DNA from: an uncultured cyanobacterium
Lineage (GTDB): Bacteria; Cyanobacteriota; Cyanobacteriia; Phormidesmidales; Phormidesmidaceae
NCBI GenBank assembly: GCA_963793265.1
Contig: CAWBZI010000007.1
Location: 128,001 to 192,000 of the forward strand
Length of the DNA stretch: 64,000 bases
Direction: 5' to 3'
Positions 1 to 9,855 of this stretch are shown piece after piece (position 1 is the stretch's first letter; the number at the start of each line of letters is the position of its first letter). The position numbers and the translations under genes are program-made. The notes under the pieces are model-generated. The model searched no databases, had not been told where the DNA came from, and saw only the letters and a program-made list of their open reading frames with translations.

Positions 1-2
1 CA

Positions 3-1736
3 GATCTGAGAGATTTGACGTTCTAGGGCCGGTTGAGTGCGGTTGACGGTACTGAGCTGCTGTTTCAAGGCATTGGTAGACTGGCGCAGTTGTTCAGCAA
101 AGTCTCCTTGCTCAAAGCGCTGGCTGAGCTGGCTACGCTGAATTTTACCAATGGCGGTTTTGGGTATCTCTGCTTGAGCTAGAGGGATGATGTATGTAGG
201 AGAAATGCCAATGTGCGTGACAATTTGGGTGCGGATTCTTTTGGTGAGATCGACTATCTCTTCTGAGTCAGTGGGATTAAAGAAGATAGCGAGCTGTTCT
301 GTGGCATCTTCGGGAGTGCGAACGCCGCAGGCTGCTGTGAAGGAGGTTTCGATACCGTCTATGGTTTCGACAACAGATTCGATGTCGTGGCTGTAGTAGT
401 TGAGGCCGTTGAAGATGATGACATCTTTTTGGCGTCCGGTGATGGTGAGCTGACCGTGGTGCAAAAAGGCTAAGTCGCCCGTGTTGAACCAGCCATCGTC
501 TGTGAATACTTCGGCGTTGAGGTCGGGCCGCTGGTAGTAGCCTGCCATGACGGTGAGCCCTTTTACCTGAAGGCGACCGATGGTTTCTTCGCTGGCGACG
601 CTGTTGTTTTCATCAACAATGCGAATGGAGACGCCAGGAATGGGTGCGCCAACGGTAACAAATTTACTATTGGAGCCGATTGAGAACTGTCGAGAATGAA
701 CAATGCCGGAGCAGGTTTCTGACATGCCGTAGCCGGGGCTAACGGCGGTAGGAGCTAGCTGGTGAGGTTCGAGAAGCTGCAAGAAGCGCTGGGCTGTTTG
801 ACCAACAACAGCTTCGGCTCCGTTGCCCATCCAGCGTACGGATGAGAGATTCCACCGACGGTTAGTTTGACGGCTGGCAATTTCGGCGGACTGGTCGTTG
901 ATGAGGCCGTAGGCGAAGTTGGGAGCCCAGGTGGCGGTGGCCTGATAGCGTTCTAGCAGGTCTAGCCAGGTGAGGGGGTTTTTGAGGATGCGATCGCGCG
1001 AAACATGAATCTGACAGCAGCCCAAATACACTTCGGTGATATGGAACATCACCAGGCTAGCGACGTGCTCTAAAGGCATCCAGTTGAGCGTAATATCGTC
1101 TGCGGAAAGGCCATTGACGGTAGCCATGCCGTAGGCGCTAACTCGCAGGTTTTGATGGGTGAGCATGACGCCCTTTGAGGTGCCTGTGCTGCCGGAAGTC
1201 AGCAGGAGCAGGGCGAGATCGTCAGGCTCAGGAGAAGGGAGTGAAAAGCCTTGCGGTTTTGCCATTCGCAAGGCTTCTATCGTCAGCGACTGTGAGCTGA
1301 GATTAAGCCCTTCAATGAGCGTTTGGCTGGTGAGGACGGCGGCTTTTTTAAGGAGTGAAAGTGCGCCTGATAGCGGCGTGGACTGATCGTCTTCACAAGA
1401 AAGCTGAACAGGCACAGGGACAGGAATGTAGCCGCTGAGCGTGCAGCCCCAAAAGGCTGCGATCAGGTCTGCATTTTTAGAGAGCTGAAGGATTACGAAG
1501 TCATTAGCAAGGTTTGCGGCCTTTAGACCCGCGGCGATTTGGGTAGCTTCGGTGAGCAGTTCGGCGTATGACTGTAAGGTTTCGGTGCCGTCGGCTTCTA
1601 GATAGCGAAGGGTAGTGTCTTTTTGCGCAGCCTCTCGCAGGGCAGCGGCTAAGTTTTGGGGTATGCGGGCCGAGTCGGGAAAGGGGGCTCCGTGTGCTGT
1701 AGCCTCTGGTCGTGACTCGTCTGTCGCTGGCATCAT
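3..1736 (-). CDS. Fatty acyl-AMP ligase / adenylation-domain protein, 5' part (runs off the window edge)
   Basis: Not in the ORF track because there is no stop in the window. Manual translation from ATG at 1736 gives MMPATDESRPEATAHG..., LLLLTSGSTGTSKGVMLTHQNL, NWMPLEHV, YGMSETCSG and WFNTGDLAF...ITGRQKD, which are ANL-superfamily motifs. Confidence 0.85.
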   Translation of the reverse strand, partial: MMPATDESRPEATAHGAPFPDSARIPQNLAAALREAAQKDTTLRYLEADGTETLQSYAELLTEATQIAAGLKAANLANDFVILQLSKNADLIAAFWGCTLSGYIPVPVPVQLSCEDDQSTPLSGALSLLKKAAVLTSQTLIEGLNLSSQSLTIEALRMAKPQGFSLPSPEPDDLALLLLTSGSTGTSKGVMLTHQNLRVSAYGMATVNGLSADDITLNWMPLEHVASLVMFHITEVYLGCCQIHVSRDRILKNPLTWLDLLERYQATATWAPNFAYGLINDQSAEIASRQTNRRWNLSSVRWMGNGAEAVVGQTAQRFLQLLEPHQLAPTAVSPGYGMSETCSGIVHSRQFSIGSNSKFVTVGAPIPGVSIRIVDENNSVASEETIGRLQVKGLTVMAGYYQRPDLNAEVFTDDGWFNTGDLAFLHHGQLTITGRQKDVIIFNGLNYYSHDIESVVETIDGIETSFTAACGVRTPEDATEQLAIFFNPTDSEEIVDLTKRIRTQIVTHIGISPTYIIPLAQAEIPKTAIGKIQRSQLSQRFEQGDFAEQLRQSTNALKQQLSTVNRTQPALERQISQI

Positions 1737-1867
1737 GGGTTACGGAGGTGCTTTGTATAAGATAATAATGGCTGTTGCGTGCATGTTTCTACTGTCTCTT
1801 TCAAGTTTACGAACGCCCGAAGTTTATGAATGTGAGTCCGAAGCTGTTCCCTTTGTATTTGATCTAG

Positions 1868-3088
1868 ATGAAGACGCTTGATTTATTGGTTTCTGACGAG
1901 ACGTTGCGAGACGGAGAGCAGCAGGTTGGATTATTTTTTGAGGATAAGGCGGCTTTAGCGCGGCTGATTGCGGCAACCGGGGTGCATCAGATCGCGCTGA
2001 TGCCTGCGGTTCATGCCTGTGAGGCGCAGTTGGTGAAGCGTCTGGTTGAGTCGGGGCTAAAGCAGCAGGTGGCAGCTTCTACGATGATGAGGCGTTCGGC
2101 AATTGATGATTCTAAAGGCTGCGGAGCGAGGCAGATTATCTTGTTTCATGCGGTGAGCGATCGCCTGTTGTTTTTAAGAGATCGGGCGATCGCTGCTGAC
2201 CCGACGATGCAGGGCAAAACTTTAGATGATGGGATCTCCGCAGCGGTGATAGCACAGTGTCGGCAAGCGATGCTGGCAAACGCGCTAGAGCATGTGCAAT
2301 ACGCTGCGGCCCTTGGGCTACAGGTTTGTTTTGCGGCTGAGGACGCGAGCCGAGCTGATTTTCATTTTTTAGTGGACTGTATTAATACGCTGGGGCCGTA
2401 TCTCGATCAGTTTTTGCTGTGCGATACGGTGGGCGTGCTAACGCCTGAGAAGACGGCGATTTGGATTTACGACCTGCTGGCGTATACAGATGGCGTGCCG
2501 CTCTCGGTTCATTTTCACAATGACCGGGGGCTAGCGCTAGAAAATACGATTCAGGCGGTGCAGGCGGGGGCGCTGGGCGTGTCGGGAACGATGGGAGGCA
2601 TTGGTGAGCGGGCTGGGAATGCGCCTTTAGATGAGGTTTTGCTGGGGCTACGGGTGCGCTTTGGTTGGGAGGTGCCGGGGATTGACTACGACGCGGTGGC
2701 TCAGGTGGTGGCTTATTTGCATGAGCGCGGGCATCGGCCCCACCCGCCTTATTCGCTTGAGGCGCAGCGGCAGGAGTCGGGGATTCACGTGAGTTCTTTA
2801 CTGCGCGATCCAAAGAGCTATATGGCGTTTCCGTATGGCCAGCCGGACGTTTGGTTTGGTAAGGGCAGCGGGGTGAGTAACTATCGGTATCTGTTTGAGC
2901 GCTATTTGCAGCGGCCTTTGGCGCAGGCGCAGTATGAGCGACTGAGAGATGCGGTGAAGGCGATCGCGCTGCGAGAAAGGCGGGCTTTTTCGGCGGATGA
3001 GGTGCTGCGGCTGATCGATCAGCGCGATTTGCTAGGTGAGAAATCTGAGGCAAACTTGCTTGCGGAGTCAGCACATCGTCATCTGTAA
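1868..3088 (+). CDS. LeuA/homocitrate-synthase-like DRE-TIM metallolyase lacking the C-terminal regulatory domain
   Basis: DETLRDGEQ, HFHNDRGLA and GGIGERAGNA motifs; 406 aa. Confidence 0.85.
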   Translation: MKTLDLLVSDETLRDGEQQVGLFFEDKAALARLIAATGVHQIALMPAVHACEAQLVKRLVESGLKQQVAASTMMRRSAIDDSKGCGARQIILFHAVSDRLLFLRDRAIAADPTMQGKTLDDGISAAVIAQCRQAMLANALEHVQYAAALGLQVCFAAEDASRADFHFLVDCINTLGPYLDQFLLCDTVGVLTPEKTAIWIYDLLAYTDGVPLSVHFHNDRGLALENTIQAVQAGALGVSGTMGGIGERAGNAPLDEVLLGLRVRFGWEVPGIDYDAVAQVVAYLHERGHRPHPPYSLEAQRQESGIHVSSLLRDPKSYMAFPYGQPDVWFGKGSGVSNYRYLFERYLQRPLAQAQYERLRDAVKAIALRERRAFSADEVLRLIDQRDLLGEKSEANLLAESAHRHL

Positions 3089-3168
3089 ACGCAGATGGAT
3101 TTGAGTCTAGCTAAGTGCTGTTCTGCCTTGGTGAGGGTAGAGAATATTTTCTTTCTTCTAGCCATAAA

Positions 3169-3237
3169 TCACTTTCTTTTAATCAGGTCTGTAAGAGATG
3201 AATCAGTCCAGAACGATGGAAGTGTTGCAGACTTCAT
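3169..3237 (-). pseudogene. Truncated ParE/RelE-like toxin remnant
   Basis: ATG overlaps the upstream gene's stop (ATGA). Reads MKSATLPSFWT..., then stops after 22 codons. The start resembles cyanobacterial ParE-like toxins. Confidence 0.55.
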
Positions 3238-3464
3238 AGCTGCTCATAATCCATGGGTGTTGACTTTCCTTCGGCTATTTCTTGCTTTGCCTTCTGTGCT
3301 GATGCAATTAAGCTGTCGCGAGTGCGCTCAAAGGAAGCATCCCATTTAGCCTCATCTTCTAAATCAGCGATGAACTCACGGATATGGTCTGCGACCTTCT
3401 CTTGCAGAGAGTTTGGTAGTGATTCAACCATCTTGACAATAGTGGCGACTGAAGGAGAAGGCAT
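3234..3464 (-). CDS. Small putative antitoxin (76 aa)
   Basis: MPSPSVATIVKMVESLP...DEAKWDASF...AKQEIAEGKSTPMDYEQL; addiction-module-like C-terminus, coupled to a toxin remnant. Confidence 0.65.
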   Translation of the reverse strand: MPSPSVATIVKMVESLPNSLQEKVADHIREFIADLEDEAKWDASFERTRDSLIASAQKAKQEIAEGKSTPMDYEQL

Positions 3465-3671
3465 GGGGTTTGTGAGTACGAAACTAGCTACACCTAACAT
3501 GATACAAAAATCGGCTGAACTACAGGAATGTTTTGATGTCACTCAATCTACCGACATCTGCTGTGCGGTCGTCGTCAAATAGAAAATCATCATGAAATAT
3601 TGAGTTTTCAGGCTTAAGAACGGAGTTTTCAGTGATACATTCAACTCTATGCCCCTTATCCTCGTCGCTTG

Positions 3672-5879
3672 ATGCCCCCAGCGCAAAGGATTCTGATACT
3701 CGCTGCTAATCCGTTAGATTCGTCCAGGCTGCGCTTGGATGAGGAACTGCACGAGATTGACGCGGTGTTGAGTCGGGCTAAGCTGCGCGATCAGTTCGAG
3801 ATTCGTCCGCAGTATGCAGCGCGTCCGAGCGATATTCAGCAGGCGCTGCTGGACTACAATCCGCAAATTGTTCATTTTTGTGGGCATGGCGGTGGGGAGA
3901 GAGGGTTGGTTTTTGCAGATGATGGCGATCGCAGCCAGTTTGTGAGCGCTCAGGCTTTAGCGAATTTGTTTGAGCTGTTTGCCGATTCGGTGAAGTGTGT
4001 GGTGCTGAACGCTTGCTATTCGGAAGTGCAGGCGATGGCGATTGTGGCGCATATTGATGCGGTGATTGGGATGAATCAGCCGATTGGAGATAAAGCGGCG
4101 ATTCGGTTTTCGGAAGGGTTTTACAGAGGCTTAGGGGCGGGCAAAGATGTGGAGTTTGCCTATAAGCTGGGGCGGAATTCTTTAGAGCTGCAAGGGATAG
4201 CCCAAGAGAATATTCCGGTGCTGAAGCGGAAGGGAACGCGCAAGCAAGGAAGGCTTGAGGAGAGTTCTGTGCGAGTGCCAAAGTCAGAGGCTTTGGAGCG
4301 ACGGGATATTGCGCTGGTGGAGCCGGAAGTGCTGGCGAAACGGGCGCGGGTGTTTGTGAGCTATAAGCGAGATGTGAGGCCAGATGAGCCTTTGGCGCGG
4401 GAAATATGTGTGGCTTTGCAGGCGCAGCATGACGTGTTTATCGATCAAAAGATGCCGGTGGGAACGCCTTGGGCAGCGCGAATTGAGGCGGAGCTACAGG
4501 CTTCGGATGTGCTGATTGTGCTCCTGTCGGCGCATTCGGTGCAGAGCGAAATGGTGGAGCATGAGGTGGAGCTGGCCTATCGCTTTGCCCAGGCAGCAGG
4601 CAGCGCGTCGGGGTCGGGGGGCTGTCCGCGTATTTTGCCGGTGCGGCTGGCCTATCGCAGGCCGTTTCCCTATCCGCTAAGCCACTATTTAGATCCGCTG
4701 AACTGGGCGGTGTGGGATAGGGCGGATGATACGGCGCGGTTAATTGATGAGCTGCTGAGGGCGATCGCGGGTGAACCGCTTTCAATTACTGAGGCCGATA
4801 AGGCCGACCTTCTAAAGTTTGACGCCAGTGAGGGTTCGATTATAAGTCCGGTACCTTCGGCCCAGCCGGTGCCTTTGGAGTCGCCAGACCAAGGCACGAT
4901 GGCGTTGGAATCGCGGCTGTATATCCAGCGGGCGGAGGACAATCGGGCGCTGCGGGCGGTGGAGGCTCAGGAGGGCACGGTGATTGTTAAGGGGGCGCGG
5001 CAGATGGGCAAAAGCTCGCTGCTAAACCGGATGATTGCTGGGGCAGTAGACAAAGACCAGCAGGTGATTTTTCTGGATTTTCAGCTATTCGATCAGCCTG
5101 CGTTGGAGAATCGGGAGCGATTTTTCCGGCAGTTCTGTACGTTTTTGGCAGATGAGCTGGAGCTGCCGAATAAGCTCAACGAGTATTGGGATGAGGACTT
5201 GCCGTTGCCGAAGATTTGTACGAGCTATATGGGGCGCTATTTGCTGAAGTCGCTGGATGGGCCGGTGGTGCTGGCGATGGATGAGGTAGATCGGGTGCTG
5301 AATACGGGCTTTCGGTCGGACTTTTTTGGGATGCTGCGGAGCTGGCACAATAAGCGGGCGATGAGTAAGCTCTGGCGTAGGTTTAGCCAGGTGTTGGTGA
5401 TTTCGACTGAGCCGTATCAGCTAATTGAAGATCTCAATCAGAGTCCGTTTAATGTGGGGCAGACGCTGCGACTGCAAGATTTTACGTTGGCGCAGGTGGC
5501 GGAGCTGAATGGGCGGCATGGCAGTCCTTTTGGAGTGGGGGAGCTGGATGAGCTGATGCGATTGCTGGCAGGGCATCCGTATTTGGTGAGGCGATCGCTC
5601 TACTTATTGGCGACGGGCGAGTATACATCAGCGAGCTTTTTTGAGGCAGCAGGAACCGATCAGGGGCCGTTTGGGGGGCATTTGCGCAGGCATCTGTTTC
5701 GGCTGAAGGGTAGGGATGAGTTGACAGAGGGGCTGGTTGAGATTTTGCGCAATAATGCCTGCGCGGATGAGCAGCTTGTGTGGCGGCTGGAGGGTGCAGG
5801 GCTAGTGAAAAAAGAGGGGATGCGGGTGTTGCCGCGCTGTGAGCTATATACGAAGTATTTTCGGCAACATTTGTCGTGA
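3672..5879 (+). CDS. CHAT (caspase-like) - TIR - AAA_35 domain protein
   Basis: CHAT dyad VHFCGHG / VLNACYS; TIR VFVSYKR...VFID...SVQSEMVEHEV; P-loop GARQMGKSSL, Walker B LAMDEVD, SPFNVG, GHPYL. Confidence 0.85.
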   Translation: MPPAQRILILAANPLDSSRLRLDEELHEIDAVLSRAKLRDQFEIRPQYAARPSDIQQALLDYNPQIVHFCGHGGGERGLVFADDGDRSQFVSAQALANLFELFADSVKCVVLNACYSEVQAMAIVAHIDAVIGMNQPIGDKAAIRFSEGFYRGLGAGKDVEFAYKLGRNSLELQGIAQENIPVLKRKGTRKQGRLEESSVRVPKSEALERRDIALVEPEVLAKRARVFVSYKRDVRPDEPLAREICVALQAQHDVFIDQKMPVGTPWAARIEAELQASDVLIVLLSAHSVQSEMVEHEVELAYRFAQAAGSASGSGGCPRILPVRLAYRRPFPYPLSHYLDPLNWAVWDRADDTARLIDELLRAIAGEPLSITEADKADLLKFDASEGSIISPVPSAQPVPLESPDQGTMALESRLYIQRAEDNRALRAVEAQEGTVIVKGARQMGKSSLLNRMIAGAVDKDQQVIFLDFQLFDQPALENRERFFRQFCTFLADELELPNKLNEYWDEDLPLPKICTSYMGRYLLKSLDGPVVLAMDEVDRVLNTGFRSDFFGMLRSWHNKRAMSKLWRRFSQVLVISTEPYQLIEDLNQSPFNVGQTLRLQDFTLAQVAELNGRHGSPFGVGELDELMRLLAGHPYLVRRSLYLLATGEYTSASFFEAAGTDQGPFGGHLRRHLFRLKGRDELTEGLVEILRNNACADEQLVWRLEGAGLVKKEGMRVLPRCELYTKYFRQHLS

Positions 5880-5888
5880 GGGGAGATT

Positions 5889-8672
5889 GTGGTAGCGCCG
5901 AATCCTAGCTTTTATACCGTGGGTGGCCCGGTGCAGGCGGGCAGTGGGGTGTATGTGCCGCGCCGGGCGGATGGCGAGCTGTTGGCGCTGTGTCGGGAGG
6001 GGACGTTTGCCTATGTGCTAACGGCGCGGCAGATGGGCAAGAGCAGCCTGATGGTGCGGACGGCGCGGCAGCTTACGGAAGAGGGCATGGCGGTGGCGAT
6101 TGTCGATCTTCAGGGATCGGGGAAGCTGGTGTCGGTAGATCAGTGGTATCTGAATTTTTTGGTGTCTTTGGAGGAGGCGCTGGAAGAGCAGGATGTGTGG
6201 CTGGACACGAATGTGCGGCGGTGGTGGAAGGAGAATAGCGATTTGGGGCCGTCGAAGCGGTTTTCGCTGTTTGTGGAGAAGGTGCTGCTGGCGGAGGTGA
6301 GTGAGCGGATTGTTGTTTTTGTCGATGAGATTGATACGACGCTGGGGCTTGCGTTTACGGACGACTTTTTTGTGGCGATTCGCTATTTTTATACGTCGCG
6401 GGCGACGAAGCCGGTGTTTGAGCGATTGTCTTTTGTGCTGATAGGGGTGGCGACGCCGGGGGATTTGATACGAGATAGGCAGCGGACGCCGTTTAATGTG
6501 GGGCGGCGGGTGGAGGTGACGGACTTTACGCCTGTGGAGGCGGAGCCTTTGGCAGCGGGGCTGGGGTTGTCTGCGCTGGCGGCGGATCAGGTGATGGGAT
6601 GGGTGTTGGATTGGACGGGAGGGCACCCGTATTTGACGCAGCAGCTTTGTCGGGCGCTGGCGGAGAAGATGGCGCAAGCTGAGCCAGGGCAGGCGGCGAG
6701 CTGGACGGCGGCGGGGGTGGCCGATGTTGTTGCGGGTACGTTTTTTGGTGAGATGCGGGAGCGGGATAATAACTTGCAGTTTGTGCAGGGGATGCTGACG
6801 GATGAGCGGCAGGATATTTATGAGGTGTTGGGGACGTATGGGCTGGTGTGGGCTGGGCGGCAGCGGGTGCAAGATGAAGAGCAGTCGCTGGTGAAGTCTC
6901 ACCTGAAGCTGTCGGGGGTGGTGCGGCGAGATGAGGATAAGGCGCTGCGGGTGAGTAACCAAATTTATGAGACTGTTTTTGATGGGGCGTGGGTAAAAGA
7001 GAATTTGCCGGTGAACTGGCGGCAGCGGATTCAGCGGTTGCAGGGGGTTATTGCTGCGAGTTTGTTGTTGTTGGGGGTGATGTCTGGGTTTACGGCTTGG
7101 GCGCTGAGGGAGCGGGCACAGGCAGCGGCCCAGAGAGATAGAGCTACGGGATTGTTGTCAGAGGTTGAAGCGCAGCGAGAGCGGGCTGACAGACAAAGAG
7201 ACATTGCTGAAAGCGAAGCACAGAATGCAATAGAAGCATTAGCTGAGGCACGTACGCAAGAGAAGAGAGCGGAAGAGAAACAACAGGAGGCTGAGGAGCA
7301 GCGAAAGCAGGCAGAAGCTGCTAAGAAAACGGCTGAAGCGCAGCGACAACAGGCAGAGACGGCTAAGCTCACTGAAGCTCAGCAGCGACAGATTGCTGAG
7401 CTTCGGCAGCAGGAAGCCGAGCAAGCACAACAGGCAGAAGTAGAAGCTAGAGAAGCGGAAGTGGTTTCTAGACAAGCTGCTGAACAAAGGAAAGTAGAGG
7501 CAGACGCTGCTACCCAACTGGCCAGAAGAGAACAACGAGTCTCCTTGGCACGGCAGCTCGCGGCCCAAGCCGATGCCTTGCGGCGCTTTCGCGGCAACAT
7601 GTTGCCTACTAGCTTATTGCTCGCAGCAGAAGCCAGTCAGCGCTTCATGCAGCTAGGAAAGCAAACGCCCATTAGTCGAGGAGAGGCCGATAATGCGCTG
7701 CGCAACTACACGCTAAAAGCACCTGAGATTGCCCGGCTCAGTCACGATGCATTTGTCAGGGCGGTGAGCTTTAGTCCTGATGGCCGCTATGTAGCTACCG
7801 CTAGCGACAACACGGCCAGAGTGTGGGATAGCCAGAGCGGTGCTGAAGTTGCCCGGCTCAGTCACGATTCAGTTGTCATGGCGGTGAGCTTTAGTCCTGA
7901 TGGCCGCTATGTAGCCACCGCTAGCGACGACGCTACGGCCAGAGTGTGGGATAGCCAGAGCGGTGCTGAAGTTGCCCGGCTCAGTCACGATTCAGTTGTC
8001 ATGGCGGTGAGCTTTAGTCCTGATGGCCGCTATGTAGCCACCGCTAGCGACGACGCTACGGCCAGAGTGTGGGATAGCCAGAGCGGTGCTGAAGTTGCCC
8101 GGCTCAGTCACGATTCAGTTGTCATGGCGGTGAGCTTTAGTCCTGATGGCCGCTATGTAGCTACCGCCAGTTACGACGCTACGGCCAGAGTGTGGGATAG
8201 CCAGAGCGGCGCTGAAGTTGCCCGGCTCAGTCACGATTCAGTTGTCATGGCGGTGAGCTTTAGTCCTGATGGCCGCTATGTAGCCACCGCTAGTGAAGAC
8301 GCTACGGCCAGAGTGTGGGATAGCCAGAGCGGTGCTGAAGTTGCCCGGCTCAATCACGATGCATCTGTCAGGGCGGTGAGCTTTAGCTCTGATGGTCGCT
8401 ATGTGGCCACCGCGAGTGGGGACGACACTGCTGAAATTCGCTACGTTTTCACTCAAGACGTGCTTACCCAAGCCTGCGATCGCCTCACCCGCAACCTCAC
8501 CCTCCGCGAATGGCAACGCTACCTTGGCGACACCGAACCCTACCGCAAAACCTGCCCCAACCTCCCCTACCCAGACGACTACGAAGCGGCTCCAGAGACA
8601 AACAACAATCTCTCATCTCTCTCCACCTGGCTCATCGCCAAAGTAAACAACCTCGTCTCCATCAGGCAATAA
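5889..8672 (+). CDS. AAA_35 ATPase - TM helix - coiled coil - WD40 repeat protein
   Basis: ARQMGKSSL, VFVDEID, TPFNVG, GGHPYLTQ; hydrophobic VIAASLLLLGVMSGFTAWAL; E/Q/A/R-rich coil; six WD40 repeats. Confidence 0.85.
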   Translation: MVAPNPSFYTVGGPVQAGSGVYVPRRADGELLALCREGTFAYVLTARQMGKSSLMVRTARQLTEEGMAVAIVDLQGSGKLVSVDQWYLNFLVSLEEALEEQDVWLDTNVRRWWKENSDLGPSKRFSLFVEKVLLAEVSERIVVFVDEIDTTLGLAFTDDFFVAIRYFYTSRATKPVFERLSFVLIGVATPGDLIRDRQRTPFNVGRRVEVTDFTPVEAEPLAAGLGLSALAADQVMGWVLDWTGGHPYLTQQLCRALAEKMAQAEPGQAASWTAAGVADVVAGTFFGEMRERDNNLQFVQGMLTDERQDIYEVLGTYGLVWAGRQRVQDEEQSLVKSHLKLSGVVRRDEDKALRVSNQIYETVFDGAWVKENLPVNWRQRIQRLQGVIAASLLLLGVMSGFTAWALRERAQAAAQRDRATGLLSEVEAQRERADRQRDIAESEAQNAIEALAEARTQEKRAEEKQQEAEEQRKQAEAAKKTAEAQRQQAETAKLTEAQQRQIAELRQQEAEQAQQAEVEAREAEVVSRQAAEQRKVEADAATQLARREQRVSLARQLAAQADALRRFRGNMLPTSLLLAAEASQRFMQLGKQTPISRGEADNALRNYTLKAPEIARLSHDAFVRAVSFSPDGRYVATASDNTARVWDSQSGAEVARLSHDSVVMAVSFSPDGRYVATASDDATARVWDSQSGAEVARLSHDSVVMAVSFSPDGRYVATASDDATARVWDSQSGAEVARLSHDSVVMAVSFSPDGRYVATASYDATARVWDSQSGAEVARLSHDSVVMAVSFSPDGRYVATASEDATARVWDSQSGAEVARLNHDASVRAVSFSSDGRYVATASGDDTAEIRYVFTQDVLTQACDRLTRNLTLREWQRYLGDTEPYRKTCPNLPYPDDYEAAPETNNNLSSLSTWLIAKVNNLVSIRQ
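7731..8440 (+). repeat. Six near-identical 123-bp tandem repeats encoding WD40 units
   Basis: GCCCGGCTCA starts at 7731, 7851, 7974, 8097, 8220 and 8343 (first unit 120 bp, then a 123-bp period). Confidence 0.95.
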
Positions 8673-8772
8673 AACGAAAGAGGGCAGAGAGAAATATAAC
8701 AAAACGGTCAAAGCGACTGGAATGATAATCATAGTAAACTGTAGTTGACTTACCTATGTGGAGAGCTGTCTT

Positions 8773-8982
8773 ATGTCTGATGTAAGCTTGAGTGAAACCC
8801 AGCTAAAAAGCCTGATGAAAGCGGCAATATTAGAAATTTTTCAAGAACGGCGCGATCTCTTTCAGGATTTAGTTACTGAAGCCTTAGAAGATATTGCTTT
8901 AGTTAAAGCTATTGACGAAGGCAAAGATTCTGAGCCCGTCAGCCGTGATGCTATCTTTGCTATTCTGGAGCAGCCAGAGTGA
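8773..8982 (+). CDS. Small putative antitoxin (69 aa)
   Basis: ...EALEDIALVKAIDEGKDSEPVSRDAIFAILE; its stop overlaps (GTGA) a RelE-like remnant. Confidence 0.65.
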   Translation: MSDVSLSETQLKSLMKAAILEIFQERRDLFQDLVTEALEDIALVKAIDEGKDSEPVSRDAIFAILEQPE

Positions 8983-9066
8983 AAGTTGAGTTTAGAAAGA
9001 CTTTATGACACCTTACGCTTCATAAGGGTTCTACATCGCAGAGAATTCTATCGCTACTTTCCATAG
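8979..9066 (+). pseudogene. RelE/StbE-family toxin with large internal deletion
   Basis: N-terminus (M)KVEFRK joined out of frame to the C-terminus LYDTLRFIRVLHRREFYRYFP*; only 88 bp remain. Confidence 0.75.
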
Positions 9067-9140
9067 ATATTACAAGGCAGCACTTCATGTCTTAAGGCTC
9101 AAAGACACTCATTACCAACAGCCAACTAAACCTAACCACT

Positions 9141-9848
9141 ATGACGAAATTCGACGGTAAAACAGCACTGGTAACTGGCGGCAATCGAGGAATTGGATTC
9201 GCTATCTGTCAGGGACTGCTCAAGGCGGGCTTTAACGTGTTGTTGGCAGCGAGAAGCACTGATGAAGGAAAAGAGGCTGCACAAAAGCTCTCTGAGTATG
9301 GGACGGTGACTTTTGTTCAGCTAGACATCAGTGACGACAGCAGTATTCAAACGGCGATAGAACAGATTAAACAAAAGACGGATAGGCTGGATGCTTTGAT
9401 CAACAATGCGGGCATCTATCCCGATGAGGGGGTAGATATTTTGAGCGTTTCAAGAGAGTTGTTGATGCAGGCTATGAATACAAACACGTTTAGCCCGATC
9501 GCACTAACTCAGTCGCTGGTGCCGCTGTTGGAGAAGGCAGAAAGTCCCAGAGTCGTTAATATGTCGAGTGGTAATGGGCAGCTAGAGGGGATTTCTGAGA
9601 ATGTGCCTAGCTATTCGCTTTCTAAAATGGCGCTGAATGGAGCGACTATCTTGCTCTCTCGGGCATTGGAGCCCAAAGGGATTGCAGTGTATGCGATGTG
9701 TCCGGGGTGGGTACGGACGGATATGGGTGGGGAGAGTGCGCCGCGATCGCCCAAGGAAGGCGCAGATACGGCTATTTGGCTGGCAAGTGAAGGGACAATG
9801 GCGCAGAGTGGGAAGTTTTTTCGCGATCGCACCGAACAACCTTTCTAA
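9141..9848 (+). CDS. Short-chain dehydrogenase/reductase (carbonyl-reductase-like)
   Basis: TGGNRGIG, NNAG, YSLSK, CPGWVRTDMG. Confidence 0.9.
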   Translation: MTKFDGKTALVTGGNRGIGFAICQGLLKAGFNVLLAARSTDEGKEAAQKLSEYGTVTFVQLDISDDSSIQTAIEQIKQKTDRLDALINNAGIYPDEGVDILSVSRELLMQAMNTNTFSPIALTQSLVPLLEKAESPRVVNMSSGNGQLEGISENVPSYSLSKMALNGATILLSRALEPKGIAVYAMCPGWVRTDMGGESAPRSPKEGADTAIWLASEGTMAQSGKFFRDRTEQPF

Positions 9849-9855
9849 TAAGCTG

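Noticed and set aside
6018..6962. Long antisense ORFs (also 2382-3074 and 14194-15204)
   Set aside because: Shadows of G/T-skewed coding strands; low-complexity H/P/R/Q translations without motifs.
7731..8440. Possible CRISPR array
   Set aside because: Contiguous 123-bp in-frame coding repeats with no unique spacers and no cas genes.
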